A stretch of 64,000 nucleotides of DNA from Camelus ferus (Eukaryota): the NCBI RefSeq assembly GCF_009834535.1, contig NC_045698.1, positions 14,820,001-14,884,000 of the forward strand, in the 5' to 3' direction. Made by a program: the position numbers and the translations under genes. Below, in pieces: positions 14,850 to 28,929 of the stretch; the first letter of the stretch is position 1; each line of letters starts with the position of its first letter. Under the pieces are notes generated by a model that searched no databases, was not told the origin of the DNA, and worked only from the letters and a program-made list of their open reading frames with translations.

Positions 14850-16849
14850 TTGGTGATCTAACACCTTTATGTTTCTTCATCATTAAGTCAAAAGTGGAGA
14901 TTTGTGGAGATCAGGTATGTGTTACTGATTGTATTATATTTATTTGTTTCCATTTTTCTCTTTGGGGTACATTCTTCCGAAATATTATTAGAGTTCTACA
15001 AATTTTCAATGTGTGAAATTCCTTAAATCTCTTTAACTTTAAATATATATTATGCGCATATATATAACTATAATCCTTCCAGTATGAAGCACTTCTACTA
15101 ATAGCCAGATTATTTCAATAGCTAATTTTTGACTTATATATATCCAAGTGAGAAATTTATCATTAAAGCAGCTTTTTTTTTCTTTTCATCTCTCTCTTTT
15201 TTTTTTAACCACTCACATGGAGACTTTCTAATCCCCATAAGGAATTACTGAGAACATCAAATAAAATTGTCCATCATAACATGTATTTGATAAGATCTGA
15301 CCAACAAACATTAAAATCTATATATACCATCTCTAATGGTCTGATATATTTCTCACCTGAGTATCTCTCAATAATTATCTTTAACAAGTTTCTTCTTAAT
15401 GTGTTGGTTGAGTTAATATATTTAGAATTAACATTTACACATTCTTGAATAAGAAGCATATTACCCTAATATTTTTAAATCTTCCTTGCCTCTCTAAAGG
15501 CTCTCTCTGTAGTCCTCATGATTACCTTCAGGACAATGGGACAGTATTATCAAATGCTTTCACAACTGGCTCAGACTTGAAGCATCCTAATGTTCCAAAT
15601 ATTCATGAACTACAGATTCACTCTGCCAGTCCCAGAATGAAGATTCTACTTCTTTCTTCTACAAAAACACTTTTGTTCCTTCTTCCATTTCAGACACCTC
15701 TGTGTCTTCCAAATAAACTTTCTTCAAATCCTCAGCTCTCATCTAGGTTACAGCAACTGGCTCACAGTTTCTTTGAGTGTAGCTTCCAAGAGGATATTGT
15801 GCTCTCAGTTCTTTGCTGAGGACGTGCTGGTGCATAAAAAGGAAAACCAAATGGCAAGGTGTCAGTTCTTCTGTGTTACTCTACACCCAGTAATGATGCT
15901 GACATTTTATTCCACTAGATTTATGTCTCAGCTTTGTTCTGTGGCATCCATTTCAGCTCTTGTAAGCACCACTGTGATTTGGTTATTTTTGACCACAAAT
16001 CAAAGGATACTTCAGATAAACATATACTTTTTATGCATTTATAATAACCCAGCTCAACAAAATCTAATATATAAATTGGCTATCAGAGCTTGTTAATTCC
16101 TTTTAATTTTAGGTGCTTCAGATCTCTCAGACAACACTGCAAAAACTAGGATATTAGGTAAGTTTATTGTATTATTTAATTTAATGCAACTACATCTATC
16201 ATTTCTCTTCTAAGGAGGTGTAGGTTTCAGTGGATGCCATTTGTCAAGTTAAAAATATTTTCTTCTATTTCTTGCAATCTAGGAATTTTTACCTCAAAAT
16301 CCACATGGAATTTTATCAAAAGTTTTCTACATCAAGTGAATTGAGCTTTTCTTTTAATTAGTTGAAGCGGTAAAGTACATTATTTCCTGGGCTGTCTAGG
16401 AAGATCTCAAGAGTAATTTAAGGGTTCTACTAATTTGAGAGTGAAGGAAAGATTTATATAATGTTGCAATTCTTGATGAAGTATCCTCTAAGGTATCTCA
16501 AGGAGGGCAAGTGAAATTCTTAAACTGACTTTTGATTATTATTATTTTTTTTATTTTCTAGAATGTTTCCCTTTGAATATATCCCAGGGTTCCAAAATGT
16601 ATCATGCGTACATAGAAAAATAAGCCCACTAATGTATGTGAAAGTACAAATAAATACACATATATGTGCATGCACATACATATGTATAGATACACATTTT
16701 CATATATGTGTATATGTTCTTATGTACATAGTATACATAAAATATGCATAGTGTATATGCACATAAATATTTATATGAATACAATATGTCTAAAATGTAT
16801 CATCTGGGAATCACCTTCATGCAAATACTTCTGAAAAAATATTTTGTTC

Positions 16850-17080
16850 TACTTAGAAGCACAGATTTAGAATTTGACAGCTCTTGATACTGGATTTGTT
16901 AATTACTAGTCATGTACTCTTTGGCAAATAATTTAATTTTCTCAATCCCTTTTGCCACATCTACAATTTGGGAGAACTAAATCTATAGCACATATTTATT
17001 CTGATGTTTACATACAGTATTTGCAGAGTGACTGGCACAGGACCTTATACACAGCAAGTGCTAAAAACGCTGTTATTAGT
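16850..17080 (+). mobile_element. MIR SINE
   Basis: Core ttggcaaataatttaattttctc...catctacaatttggg and tail actggcacag...cagcaagtgctaaaaacg. Confidence 0.65.
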
Positions 17081-17510
17081 TTCTTTGAAAAATTATATAT
17101 TGTGCATATTTAAAATAAAAACACTCTATGAAGTAAGACCAAATTGACTAGAATACCTCAAAGACTGGGTTGTGTAGATATTTTTCTCAGTTTTGACTTT
17201 GGTAGTTTTATTTACTTATTTACTTGTTTAACATGTATAAAATTTTATATAAAGGGAAAATTAAAATCATCCTTGTCAGCACTGTAGAAGTCGAGTGAGA
17301 AATTAACTGTCATGTCTAAAGTATCACTTCGAACTCTAGGGTGCCAATTAAATTTTAAACTGTTTAAAAAGCAAATATGTAAACCTTTCTGGGTTTCAAG
17401 TTTCTATCAAACCTACAGGAAAAAGTTCTGGTATAACTACTCTTTCAGATTTTAAAGCGCATGAGTCCATGATAACGGAATTAATTTTTCTTTAATTTAG
17501 AGAGTAATTC

Positions 17511-18139
17511 TGAAAGAGAAGTAATAAAATGGCTGCGCTTAGGCTAATTCCTCACCTTATACTTGCTGTTTGCTTTTAAAATGGTCAGCAAATCTGACTA
17601 ACCAGACACTGCCCCCAGCCCCAAGCCCATTGTTACAATTAGAATTAGAGTTAGAGTTGGAGTTATTAATTTTCCTTTTTGTTTTACCTCACTCTGGCAA
17701 CTGAAATTGACAATCATGTTTGGATTCTGAGTCATTCCCCTAGAATGGGAGTCACAGGACAATCACCTCAGAAGAGTGACCAGATCTTCCGAAGTCCCTC
17801 CTGGCACCTAATGAGTCTGATTAGATAAAGAAGGTCACAGGCTGATGACCCTCCAGACCACTGGACGGTCCCATGATGCTGGACAGACTCGCCAAAATTC
17901 AGGAGGAAGCTTCACCAGAGACTCTTGTTGACTGATACCCCCTTTCACTCTCCAGTTTGTTCACTATATAATCACGAAGCCCCAACCCTAAGACGGGCTC
18001 ACAGTTTTGAAGGCACAAGCCTGCTGTGAGTCCCCTTTGCCCGGCAAAGCAATAAAATTGCCTCTTTTCTTCTAAGCTCCAAGACCTTGTCTCTGGATTA
18101 TTTGGCTCATCAGGGACGGGGGCCAATTTTTTGGCAACA
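17511..18139 (+). mobile_element. ERV1-class solo LTR, 629 bp, with 4-bp TSD ATTC
   Basis: TG...CA termini; ATTC at 17507-17510 and 18140-18143; TATATAA at 17965-17971; AATAAA at 18051-18056. Confidence 0.88.
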
Positions 18140-18264
18140 ATTCTTTTATTTATCCTCATATATCATCATCTGTATGTAGGGGAGCAAGGTACCAGCTGAA
18201 TAGTGTTAACATCAGTATAATCGTTACTTCACAACAGATTTGCAATTCAAAATCTATTAGTCAT

Positions 18265-18671
18265 TGTGTGCTAATTTGCTAAGCTTTCCACAACAAAGTA
18301 CCATGGACTAGGAGGCTTAACCTACAGAATTTTTTAATTCTTACAGTCTGGAGGATAGAAGTCTGAGACGGAAGTGTCAGCAGGGCTGGATTCTCCCAGG
18401 CCTCCCTCTCTCCATGCTTGCAGACGGCTGTCTCCTCCTTGCTGTTTCGTCACACAGCTGTCTCAGTGTGCGCACGTCTGGTGTCTCTCTCTAGGTCCTA
18501 GCCTCTTCTTTTTTATAACAACACCAAACACATTAGATTAGGGCCTACTTTAATGACCCCATTTTAACTTATTTACCTCTTTAAAGACTCCAAATATGGT
18601 CACATTCTAAGGTACTGGAAGTCAGGACTTCAACATATAAATTTGATGAGGATACAAATCAGCTCGTAACA
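18265..18671 (-). mobile_element. MaLR solo LTR, MLT1A-like
   Basis: acaacaaagtaccatggactaggaggcttaa...tctggaggatagaagtctgag...ttaatgaccccattttaactt...gtcacattctaaggtactgg...ggacttcaacatataaattt. Confidence 0.85.
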
Positions 18672-19160
18672 CATTATTTCTGTTTCTATCAAGGAAAGCA
18701 TCAATTCAACTTGGGAGTCCTAATTTATTTTATGGAAAATCAGCAGAATGGTAGGGTCTGCATACAAATGTAAATTCACCTAATTCTAGTATGCGAGCCT
18801 TGGTGGGCACCTATACATAGGCATGTATGAAAACAAAAACTATAAAGCCACCATATGCTTTTGTGTAGTTTTAAGAGGACTGTCTTTCAGAGAGTTAGAA
18901 CATAGTTTTATTGTTTTAATATGGAGTTAGACTAGACTTCTGGTGGCCCACATATAGTGTTACTTAGGATGAATTATTTCAGACTATTTATGATGTTGTC
19001 AACTATTATGATGTTGTCTCCCAGATGTGGAGGTCTGGTGATCCCCAGCAGACAGGAGAGAGGGTGTGACACAGAAATAAATGAATATTTGTTCTGTCAC
19101 CCACATTTAGAGTAATGAACAACCTTTGAATTTGAGAGAAGCAAGTACTTTCCCTTATTT

Positions 19161-19466
19161 ATTTTTTTAAAGAGTTTACTGAGGTATAACTGACATAAAA
19201 GAAAAAGTGAACATAATGTATACAATTTGATAAGTTTGGAGATATGTGTACTCTTGTGAAGCCATCACTCCAAGAACAGTGATAAACAAGATCATCCTTT
19301 TAAGCATAAGGGCACACATAGGTTGAAACTGAAGGGATGGATAAAAATATTCCATGCAAATGGTAAACAAGAAACTAGGGGTAACTATGTTTATATAAGA
19401 CAAAATAAACTTTAAGTCAAAAGCTGTCACTAGTGACACAGGTCCTTATGTAATAATTAAAGGATC
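19161..19466. mobile_element. Short rearranged L1: 3' end (-) joined to an ORF2 endonuclease fragment (+)
   Basis: 19161-19295 tttactgaggtataactgacata... is an L1 3' terminus on the minus strand; 19296-19466 acacataggttgaaactgaagggatgg...ttccatgcaaatgg...actttaagtcaaaa is L1 EN-domain sequence on the plus strand. Confidence 0.75.
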
Positions 19467-20486
19467 TCCCTCATTATTGAAGCTTTGGGAGTTAGGACAC
19501 AGATATTAAGAATCTGATGAATAGAGGACTCAGAGTTAAGTTAAAACCAAAAAAAAAAAAAAAAATTGATGGATTGATGGAATGTAATTGAGCAGACCCT
19601 GAACATATAAAAACTGCCAAGGATTTTGATACTTGTCTTCAATCTTTAGGCCTTGAGAGTAATCACTTTCATTACCAGGGGAAGTCACTTTTTGTATTCT
19701 ACTTTGCTTATTTCTTATGCCTCCAGAAAAGTTTTGTGAAAAGTTTTTTTAAAAACTGCAGTCAAGTATAGACTAATTTCTGATCAGTGACAGAAGTGAC
19801 TTGTGTTCAATTTCGGTGAAAATTTTGCACAGGGAAGAGCAACACAATCTGTGAATCCGTGGAAATCTGTGTTGACCCCAATGTGTTAAAGCAGCGATCA
19901 AATAAGACTTTCTGGCAAAGGAAACACACACACACCTGTATAGACATTGTGACTGTGCAGATACCACGCAGGAATTCTCAGAAATGCCTTGTTGAAGAGA
20001 TCTGGTTTAAAAAAACGCTAATTGACTATTAGGGCTCATATTTATTATAATTTAGATACTACAGTAAATATGTATATACAGCACTGAGATTTGCAGGTAT
20101 ATCAATACCAGAAAAGCAACTCCTGAACTGTACCCTGTAACAGCTCTTTTACAAATGGTTTTACTACAATGATCAAAAAAATATTTCTTTTTAGATATAC
20201 TTTTAATGTTTCCCTAATGAAGATAAGGGGAAAAGAAAAGAGGAAAGAATCAAGCACATATAATTTTATGTATGAAATCTACTGGCTGAGCACATTTATG
20301 TATGTATGTCTACCAGATCTTTCTCTCTGTGTCTCTCTGTCTTCCTCTCTTTGACTCTGTCAACACAGAACATCTAATTTTATGACTGTATTTTATTTTT
20401 ATCATCATGCTCTAACAGTAACCGTACTGTTGCGTACCCAATCCAGTTCCTAATCCACCTCTAAGATCAGAATCTTCTCCCGTCAT

Positions 20487-20490
<4 letters not shown>

Positions 20491-20541
<51 letters not shown>

Positions 20542-20560
20542 AGAGAGAGAGAGAGAGAGA
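20491..20560. repeat. Compound (TA)n(GA)n microsatellite
   Basis: Directly visible. Confidence 0.97.
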
Positions 20561-22849
20561 AAACACAGAGATTGTAGCAAATTTCTAGCACTGACAATCT
20601 AGAATATGAGCATGTCTCAAAAATAAAACTAGTCAATGCTTTACTACAAGTGTATTTCTCTAATAAGAGTGAAAAAGTAAATGCCATTAGGTTACATTCA
20701 AACAAGGAATACTCACATTGCTTCAATTACAATTCTAAGTCATTCACAGATTAAATATCTGGGATTCGTTCATGCAATTATTTATATTAGTCACCAATTT
20801 TTCACTCAGGTTGTCAATCACGTTAATGAAAAATATATCACAAATATTCCCTTACTGTAATTCTGGAAGGACTCTAAACTTCACTGTTTTCCTAAAAATA
20901 CATACTAGGGTATTTATGGTTTTGTAGAACAAATAGCCAATAAAAAGTTTCTGGATTTTGGGAGGCTCAATATGGTATCACGGTCAATAGAGAAATGAGA
21001 CCCGTGATATTTCCTTCACTACTACAAATATTTTGCAATACAATCATTATTCTAATGAATCATTAAATAAGTGTTTCAAGTTTGGCTATTATGGCAGAAT
21101 TAATTTTCACATTGTTTTGATGCCCCCTGGACATGACCTCAGAAGTATAAATACGATCTTGAGATCTCTTTCCATTTCTATTTAGTAAATAGAGACCAAA
21201 GCCCTCAGATGTGTTCACAGATCCAACACTCTATACTTCCACTCTGTTAGAAGCTCTATTAGGAAGTAATAAGATTTTAGCCACATTCCCCAGAGCACTT
21301 TGGGTACTGCTGCTTCATGAGATTTTCTCTAAAGTAACCTTTCAAGGTCAGCCACAAAAGCTCTTATTCTAGATTATACTGGCATCTGACCTTTGTAAAC
21401 TTACACACACGAAAAAAAATAAAATAGGAAAAAGAAAGACGCTAAGGGAGGCACAGTTATCTGTTTCAAAATGCAGTTATACCCACAAGCTACAGAGATA
21501 CCGTGACATATAAAGTTCATGGTTGTGTTGATTCTTCCTAACAATTACCCACAGCCATTATGATTTTCTCCCATCACTAAAAATATCATTGCTGAGATAA
21601 CTGCTCCAGTTTGAGATGGAAGAAGATTTAAAAGGTAACTCGTATGCAAAAGACAGGGGGAGGCGGGGAAGAGGTTGATTTCATTACTGACATTTCAAAC
21701 TGTTAATAGGCCAGATGATAAGATGTCTCTCTCTCTCCAAAACTTTATGGTCACTCAGGCACTCCTCACAGTGTTTTATTCTCATATATTTCCTTGAGAT
21801 ATAGTATTTTTTTTTCTTTTAAATTGGCTCTGAGATGGCCAATGTCCAATCTAATTATGTGATAATAAGTGTTAATGACAGAATTATCAGATGGTAACTG
21901 GGCTTCATTAATGTGTCTCATTATGATTCTCAGTCTCCTGTGGAAGGTTATGAAGGAAGGACCTTGGGTGTCCCAGTTATATCTGAACATAACAGTTATA
22001 AACCCATAGCCGGGGGAAAAGTAGGTATCAGAGACATTCCGAAGCTTTTTTCTGAGGATTTGCTTCCCCAAACCTAAGTGTCTATCAATTCGTTCATAAA
22101 ATTCACCATATACCCTCAACATCGTAGAAAAAATAAATTAGGTTCTGATTTGACAAATAATGTGTAACATCATTTAAATTACAAATGTTGAAATACTTTG
22201 GTAGAAGTATACAGGAGTCCATGAAGAAAATATTGCTAGCTTGATTATCCATATACAGGTTCAAATTGTTTAGACAGAGGCAACACTTAAAGGGTCTGCA
22301 CATGTTTAATTGGGTTCTCCTACACGAGTATTAATGCCCAAGGGGGTATTACCAACTTATCACTGGGATTCCATGTCAATTCCTGATTCATCCAGTTTCT
22401 ATTCTTACAGTTTCTATTTGAAATAACTGTGTGTATGTGTACAGGGAGCAAATATTAACAACAAAATTTCTCTAAGACTCAACTTAAAGTTTACCAAAGA
22501 TAAAGGTTGACCAAAAATTTGTCTTATTAATATGTCCTAGATTAAAAAAAAAAACACAACTATGGCTAAGACACATCTGCCCTATGCTTTCACAACTTGG
22601 GATCTTTGAGAAATAAAGCTTTGATATACAAACAGAATGCTTTTTTCCTGAGGAAATACGGGCCCTGTTGAATAGGAACTGTAACTGGCTCACCAGGGGT
22701 GTCAAAAGGGCTCCACTCTAAATAAGATGTTAAATGGAATATATCATTGTATTTTAAAATTAGAGACTAGGTTGAGGTTTATATTTGTATTTGTGAGTGT
22801 ATGTGATTGCTCTCTTATTTCTAATGAAATATTTAAATCAGGTTTCAAC

Positions 22850-23445
22850 ATTCTTAGGGCTCAAGGCAAGAATAATAATTGAGACCCATATAATACATGT
22901 TTCAATATTTAAAAGTTATTAAGTTAAACTGTAAAATAAAATATGCTTTGCTCTCCCACTTTGACAAAGATACCTTCTTAATAAAAGCCAGATTTGAACT
23001 AGAATTCTTGGATCCTCAAAGTTCAACAGAATACTGGGGACATGGGGCAAGCTGGCCCCCTGTCACTGTCCCATAAGAGGTCTTGTGTGCACACATTTGG
23101 GGAGTCCTTTGGCCTGTCCAAGCTCAGTCTACACCGTGCCTCCTGCAAACAGCTTCTTACTGGCCACTGTGGTCTCTAGTTGTGCACATTGTATGAGAGA
23201 CAGAGCTGGAGGAGAGGAATGTGGGCCCTGGGAGCTGCCTCAGCACCCTTTGGGGACAGAATTCTTAGTCTCAATGTACCACAGCATGATCTAAAAGGTA
23301 GGAATTAAGTGGATGTCATCAGCTCCAACTGGATCCCTGGCCTTGTAAATGCCTTGTCCTATGGGGAGAAGTACGGCCAGAGGAAACACCACGGTGAACC
23401 TTTTAGAGCTCAGGGCCCAAGGCAGGCTGTTCTCCAGCTCAGGTC
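22850..23445. mobile_element. Probable ancient non-autonomous hAT-type DNA transposon (family uncertain)
   Basis: AT-rich then GC-rich body resembling recalled hAT-Tip100 MER consensus (aatatttaaaagttat...aaataaaatatg...ttgacaaagataccttc); termini not resolved. Confidence 0.4.
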
Positions 23446-25434
23446 TACAACATTAATTTCTTAAATATGCACTGTTGTTACCTGTGTGTTCATAGAGTGA
23501 ATTCAATTTAATAGTGCTATAATAGAAAGATAATGGTCTGCATAATGGAGGGATCATCTGTTAGCTTATTCAATAAGCAGAGTAATTCTTTTTATAGAAA
23601 GTATTTAAAACTAAAAGCTCCATCTCTGTTCACTAAAGGACACTGAAGTTCTCCACGCTGGGAAAAAATAAAAACAGTGTAGTAATCAGAAAGAAGACAA
23701 AAACACCAACAAGGAGGAAAACAGAGAGTTCAAACATCACACGTTCTGAGACTATTCTGGAGAGAAATAAAGATTTCCACAGAAATTGAAGCTAAAGAAG
23801 AGATATTGAAGAATGCGCTTGGAACAGGTACATGTAAAATAACTAAAACTGAATATAAAGGTCCTGAGGAAAATACTCTTCATGAAAACAGGACCTCATA
23901 GAATATAAGAATGTTAGATGCCAAAAAAAAAAAAAAAAGAAGATTGGACTAATGTCATTTCCTCAGGCACTCTGATTGATACCAGTTCTTTAACCAAAGG
24001 AAAGCTAGAGGTTGGTATCAGAAAACCCAGTGTAATATTTTTAATTCATTTTATAAATTATATGGTATTTGATTCAGAATACAGGTTCACTTAAATCTCA
24101 GTAGATACAATTTATATATTTGTAATAGTCTGAGTTAAAGAAAGAAAACCCTTCCACCTAGTATAATAATTGAGTATTTGGATCAGATGATCATTACGTA
24201 TCTGTTGCCATTAAGATTTTCATGCAAAATTAATCACAATATGGCAGGTTACACTGCTGATAGTAATGGTCTCAGTGAACACTACTTTTGACTGTGTGTC
24301 CTTCCTGTTACAAGAGCAATGCATCATAGATATAAATATTGGGAATTCATGTGAATGATTTATGGAAATGTAAGTTTGCTATTTCTGTATCCAATCTATT
24401 TCAAAATGTGATATATTTTAGATAAACATTTACTTTCTATTTGAACAAAACATTTCTCCCAGGCAAGAGACATAATTTTATATCATTATTTGCATGTACC
24501 AAAGAACACTATTTATGTTTCCTTTATCAAGGTGTTCTTAACTCCCTGTAAAATATTTCTAGAAAAACTAAAGGGAAATTAAGTTTAGACTACCCCATGT
24601 ATAGGCCTGAATTCCCTTAAGATTCAATAGTTACTTCATAATTCTTTACTCTTTTTGCAGAAAAAGCCTATAATAAAAAGTAAATAAATGGGAGTTAATT
24701 ATTGGCCTCAAGAAAGTCACACAAATATTGTTCACCTTTGCCAAAAAGATGTATCTTACTACAAGATAGGGAATATGTGATGCTTAGAACTCTCTTGTGC
24801 GATATTTAAAAAACTTATCTGCTTAATATTTCATGTTATTATTAAAGCAGAAGCCATTTTAAAAGGTATAAAAAGATGTTATCACTGCCCATGTGTTTTG
24901 ATCCAGGAATGGTTAGAAATGTGCAGACGGCATACGGTCCTTCTGCAGCAGGCTGCAGGTCGTAGGCAAAACCAGCAGTCACCTGCCCCACAAAGGTGAG
25001 TATTCAAACTTTCTCACAGTTATATAAAAAGTCTCACCTCCTCCCAGAAAAGATTGAAGTCAGGGTGTTAAAATTAATATAATGCAATTGTTTTGGATAC
25101 AGAAAAAGTTTTAATATTTTTAATATCTTAGTTTCTTAAAATGTATACTTTGTTAATTATTGTTAAAGAACAACAACAAAAAAATAGAAGCTACTTGTAC
25201 CTTTGGGAGGTACCTAATATAAACTGTTGATAAATATATGAAAAATAAACGAAGAAAGATTAAAAATTCCACCAGCTTATGGGTGTGGATCACAGGGTTA
25301 TATTCTTGAGGCTGGAGCTGTGGAGGTTGTACACACAACGTTTACTGAGAGATATGCTTAGTTATCTCCTACAGTCAGTCAAACTACTATCCACCTCATT
25401 TTGCTGATGAAGATAGTTGAGTGTCTTCTCCTCC

Positions 25435-25542
25435 TTTTTTTTTTTTAACTTTTTTTTTTAATTGAAGTATAGTCAGTTTACAATGTTGTGTCAATTTCTG
25501 GTGTACAGCACACAGCAGGTGGAAAGGGACAAATTGGGAGTT
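25435..25542 (-). mobile_element. Very short, relatively young L1 3' end (camelid type) with inverted 5' piece
   Basis: Poly-T then attgaagtatagtcagtttacaatgttgtgtcaatttctggtgtacagca; followed by ggtggaaagggacaaattgggagtt, an L1 3'UTR motif in the opposite orientation. Confidence 0.8.
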
Positions 25543-27834
25543 CCTCTTGGGATTTTAAAAGGACTTACAGGTAGAGAAACTTTGTTACACTGGCCTGCTC
25601 ACGCACCCCTCTTTCTCTCCATCACCTAAAGCAAGAAAGGACAGCTGGTGAGGCTGAAAGCTTTCAGTCTATCACCTCTCCCTCCTTGCCTTGTAATGGA
25701 GAGTAGCAACCTCATGGGTGCTTACAGGTAGAGCACACCTACGTTTAAAATTAACAAGACTAGGACAGTTAAGTGAGAAATCAATCACCTTCACTGAAGA
25801 ATTTCTCATGTTTTTCCCCAAACAGATTACTCAGAACAAAAACTAACTGAGAGAGTCCTCATTTTATCTTAAAAACAAAGACTGCTTAAAATAACATAGA
25901 AAAATGCTTATCTGACAGTGTTTTGGGATGTGATAATGCATGAAAAAAGTTCTAAAAAGTTCACCAGCTGTCCAGGGATCTGACCATCTCTGTATGAAAG
26001 GCTTCAAAAATAAACTAATTAATTAAAGGATAGATGATCACAAGGATAACATTCAAGGCCTTCATGGGAGTTATTTTACCTGCTAGTAACTCTTTTTTTT
26101 AATGTGGGAGAGTGCTTCTTTCTGGTTTGACATTAAAGTACCCATATTTCTGTAAAAGTGCTTTGACCTTTAGCAGTGTGGTGTGATCAAAGGTATCATA
26201 AACTGATTTGGGTTAAAAAAAAGACACATGGGCTTTTCAGAGTTTCAGGACTAGGTATCTGGTTGCAAAAATTTCATCCCTATAGTTCCAGCACAAAATT
26301 TAAAAAATCATCTGAGACATAAACCTACCTTTGGAAAAAAATTAAAAGTACACACACACATGCCTACATGCACACACATCATACACACTCACATACATGA
26401 TTTTCTGATGCTTTTCTTTCAAAAACAAATGTTTGAAAAATAAAATTGTAGGCAGGAAGAGACATGCATTCAGTACGAAAAAAACTCAGAAGTTGTGCCA
26501 TTTATCAATTTGAAGCTGCTAATTAATTTGACAAAGCCAAAATGTGATTACTGTTTTAAACCAGTAATTTTAATTTTTAGTACTTAAAAGGGGGAAAAAA
26601 AGGCATGTCCGCTCCACTGTCTTGGAAATTGGCAATACAACAACATAATCACAGAAAACATGCCAAGCACATAGATTAGGGCTTGGATATTTACAACAGA
26701 TTTTTTTTTTCTTCCAAGAATTAAAAATTGAAGAGGAAAAGGGACCAGCTTTTAAACTATTTCTATTGTCCCAAATTGTGAGATAAGATGCAAAATACTG
26801 AAATACAAACCTTACATATTTACTAAATATCATAAATTGTACTTCATATATATGGGAAGTATGTATATGTATGCATGTGTGTACGTATGTATACAAGTAT
26901 GTATATGCATACATACAAATACATATGTATGTACACAGAATTGCACACTTGGGGAACTTGGAGCTCTTAATTTAAAGGAAAATAAAAATGTGAATTTTAG
27001 CAGCAGACGTTTTAATAATTGCTTTATGGTAATTTTCTGCTTGGAATGTTGAAATGTGTCTTTGTAAGATTAAATTATTTATAATAGCATATTATTTTCA
27101 TCAGAGTAATCTTACAGTTACCACAATAACAAAATAGAGACTACAGTAATGATACATTTTAATCTTGGCAAAAATTCAAATATTTTCATTACAGGTAAAA
27201 ATGACCAATGTTTTCATTACTGTAATTTTCTAAATTTATATAGAATAAAATATATAATATAATAAGATACATAGTATGAGATCACTACTCAGAATGGGAA
27301 GGGAGAAAGTATGGCAACTGGACAAATGGAGCTAATTTCAGTCTTTCCTATCTGTGCAGTAAAAAATTTAGCCTTTCTCAAAGAAAGGTCTGGCCTTTGC
27401 CCCCAGCTTGTGGAAGGTAATCTATTTTATACTTGATAGGAGTGTTATATAATATCTGAGTATGTATTAAATCTCAGCGAAAATAGGAACTAATATTGAA
27501 CCCATCTAAGTGGCCATTAGAACTTATTCCCTACCTAGAAAGTTAATGCATATATTTTTTAATAATACAAATTTCTTTACATTTCAGACATGAAGTTTTA
27601 ACATCCATCATTACCAATTACATAGCTATGTCAGGAATTTCTAACATTTAAAAGTTTTCACCCATTTGATATAATTTATCTAAGTAATCTGAACAAAAAC
27701 AGTATCAGGAATGTATGTAATATCCCATGATTTTGTCTGGCAACTAGTAGAAGATGATGGAGTTGAGGACCCTGTCATTTCTGCAAAGTCTTATTCTCTG
27801 AAAGGGTTATATTGTGCAACAATTAATACCTTGA

Positions 27835-28030
27835 ACCATAGAATTCAACTACCTGCATCTGAAACCAAGCTATGCCACTTCCAGTAGGGAAACTCCAAAA
27901 ACTTAATTCCCATGGGCTTGTTTTTGCCATTGTACCTCATACATTTGCTGTGAAGCACACAAAAGCTAACGTGTAGTGCTTTTAAAAGAGAGCCTGTCAT
28001 ATATTAAACACTCAATAAATAAACAGTTTA
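27835..28030 (+). mobile_element. MIR SINE
   Basis: ccaagctatgccactt...gtacctcata...gcctgtcatatattaaacactcaataaat tail. Confidence 0.6.
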
Positions 28031-28929
28031 TTTAATTAAAATGTTGTATTATAAAAAAATAAAAAATGTATTATAGAATAACATTAAATGTGAATATCTG
28101 ATATGGAAAATGGAAAAATGAACAAACGGATAAAACAACAGTTAAAAAAAAAAACAACTAGTTTTCCTTGAAATATATTTGACCTGTGTACTACTGCTAA
28201 AGTGCAAGACATTTAAAAAAAAAAAAGTCTCTTGAATGGTTAAATTCCACATGGAGACCTATCACATTAAACAAAAGGCTTGCCTGCACATTTCCAGAGT
28301 TAATTTTTCAAGCAGTAATCTATGTCTATTCCTCACTGGACTGACTGTCAGGAATATTCGGGAGGGGAAGCATCACTCCATTATATTCTACTTTTTCTTC
28401 CCTTCCTCTCTACACAGACAAGAGAGAAATCCACAGAACAGAATAAAAAGAATATGACTCATAAAGCAGATATAACATATTGTGGAAATACTTCAGGTAA
28501 AATATTTTAAAATATTATTTAAAATATTTAGTCATAGTGAAGATGTGGATTAATATTTCAGCCCTAATACATAATAAATGTGTGTCACTGGGAAGGAAAA
28601 TATATAAGCCTCAGAACTTATATCTGTACGGAGGAAAGGTCATTAAAGATATTAAGTTATATAACCAATCTGAAGCACTCAATAAATTACTTCCTGTACA
28701 GAAACTGCTCAACGACTTTCCACAGTTATTATCATCCTCATCACAAAAAATATTGCAAAAAGCAGATGTGTCTTTTTAAGGAAAACTTAATCTGATGACA
28801 GATTTAGTAGCTGTCATCAATAGAAGATCTCTCAATGAGACAAGTTCTGGTTTTAACTGTATAGTAGTAGTAATTCAATCACCACCAAATTCTTTATCTT
28901 TGGAATTAAAGAGAAAAAATGAAATTGCA

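Noticed and set aside
15445..16096. 124-aa and 107-aa plus-strand ORFs
   Set aside because: Non-ATG starts, Leu/Ser-rich and no recognisable motifs
16640..16800. TA/CA-rich quasi-palindromic tract (similar ones near 26850 and 51830)
   Set aside because: Decayed low-complexity microsatellite
21766..22122. 118-aa minus-strand ORF with protein-like composition
   Set aside because: No recognisable domain or convincing splice sites, and ORFs of similar length occur elsewhere in the window by chance; a BLASTP would settle it
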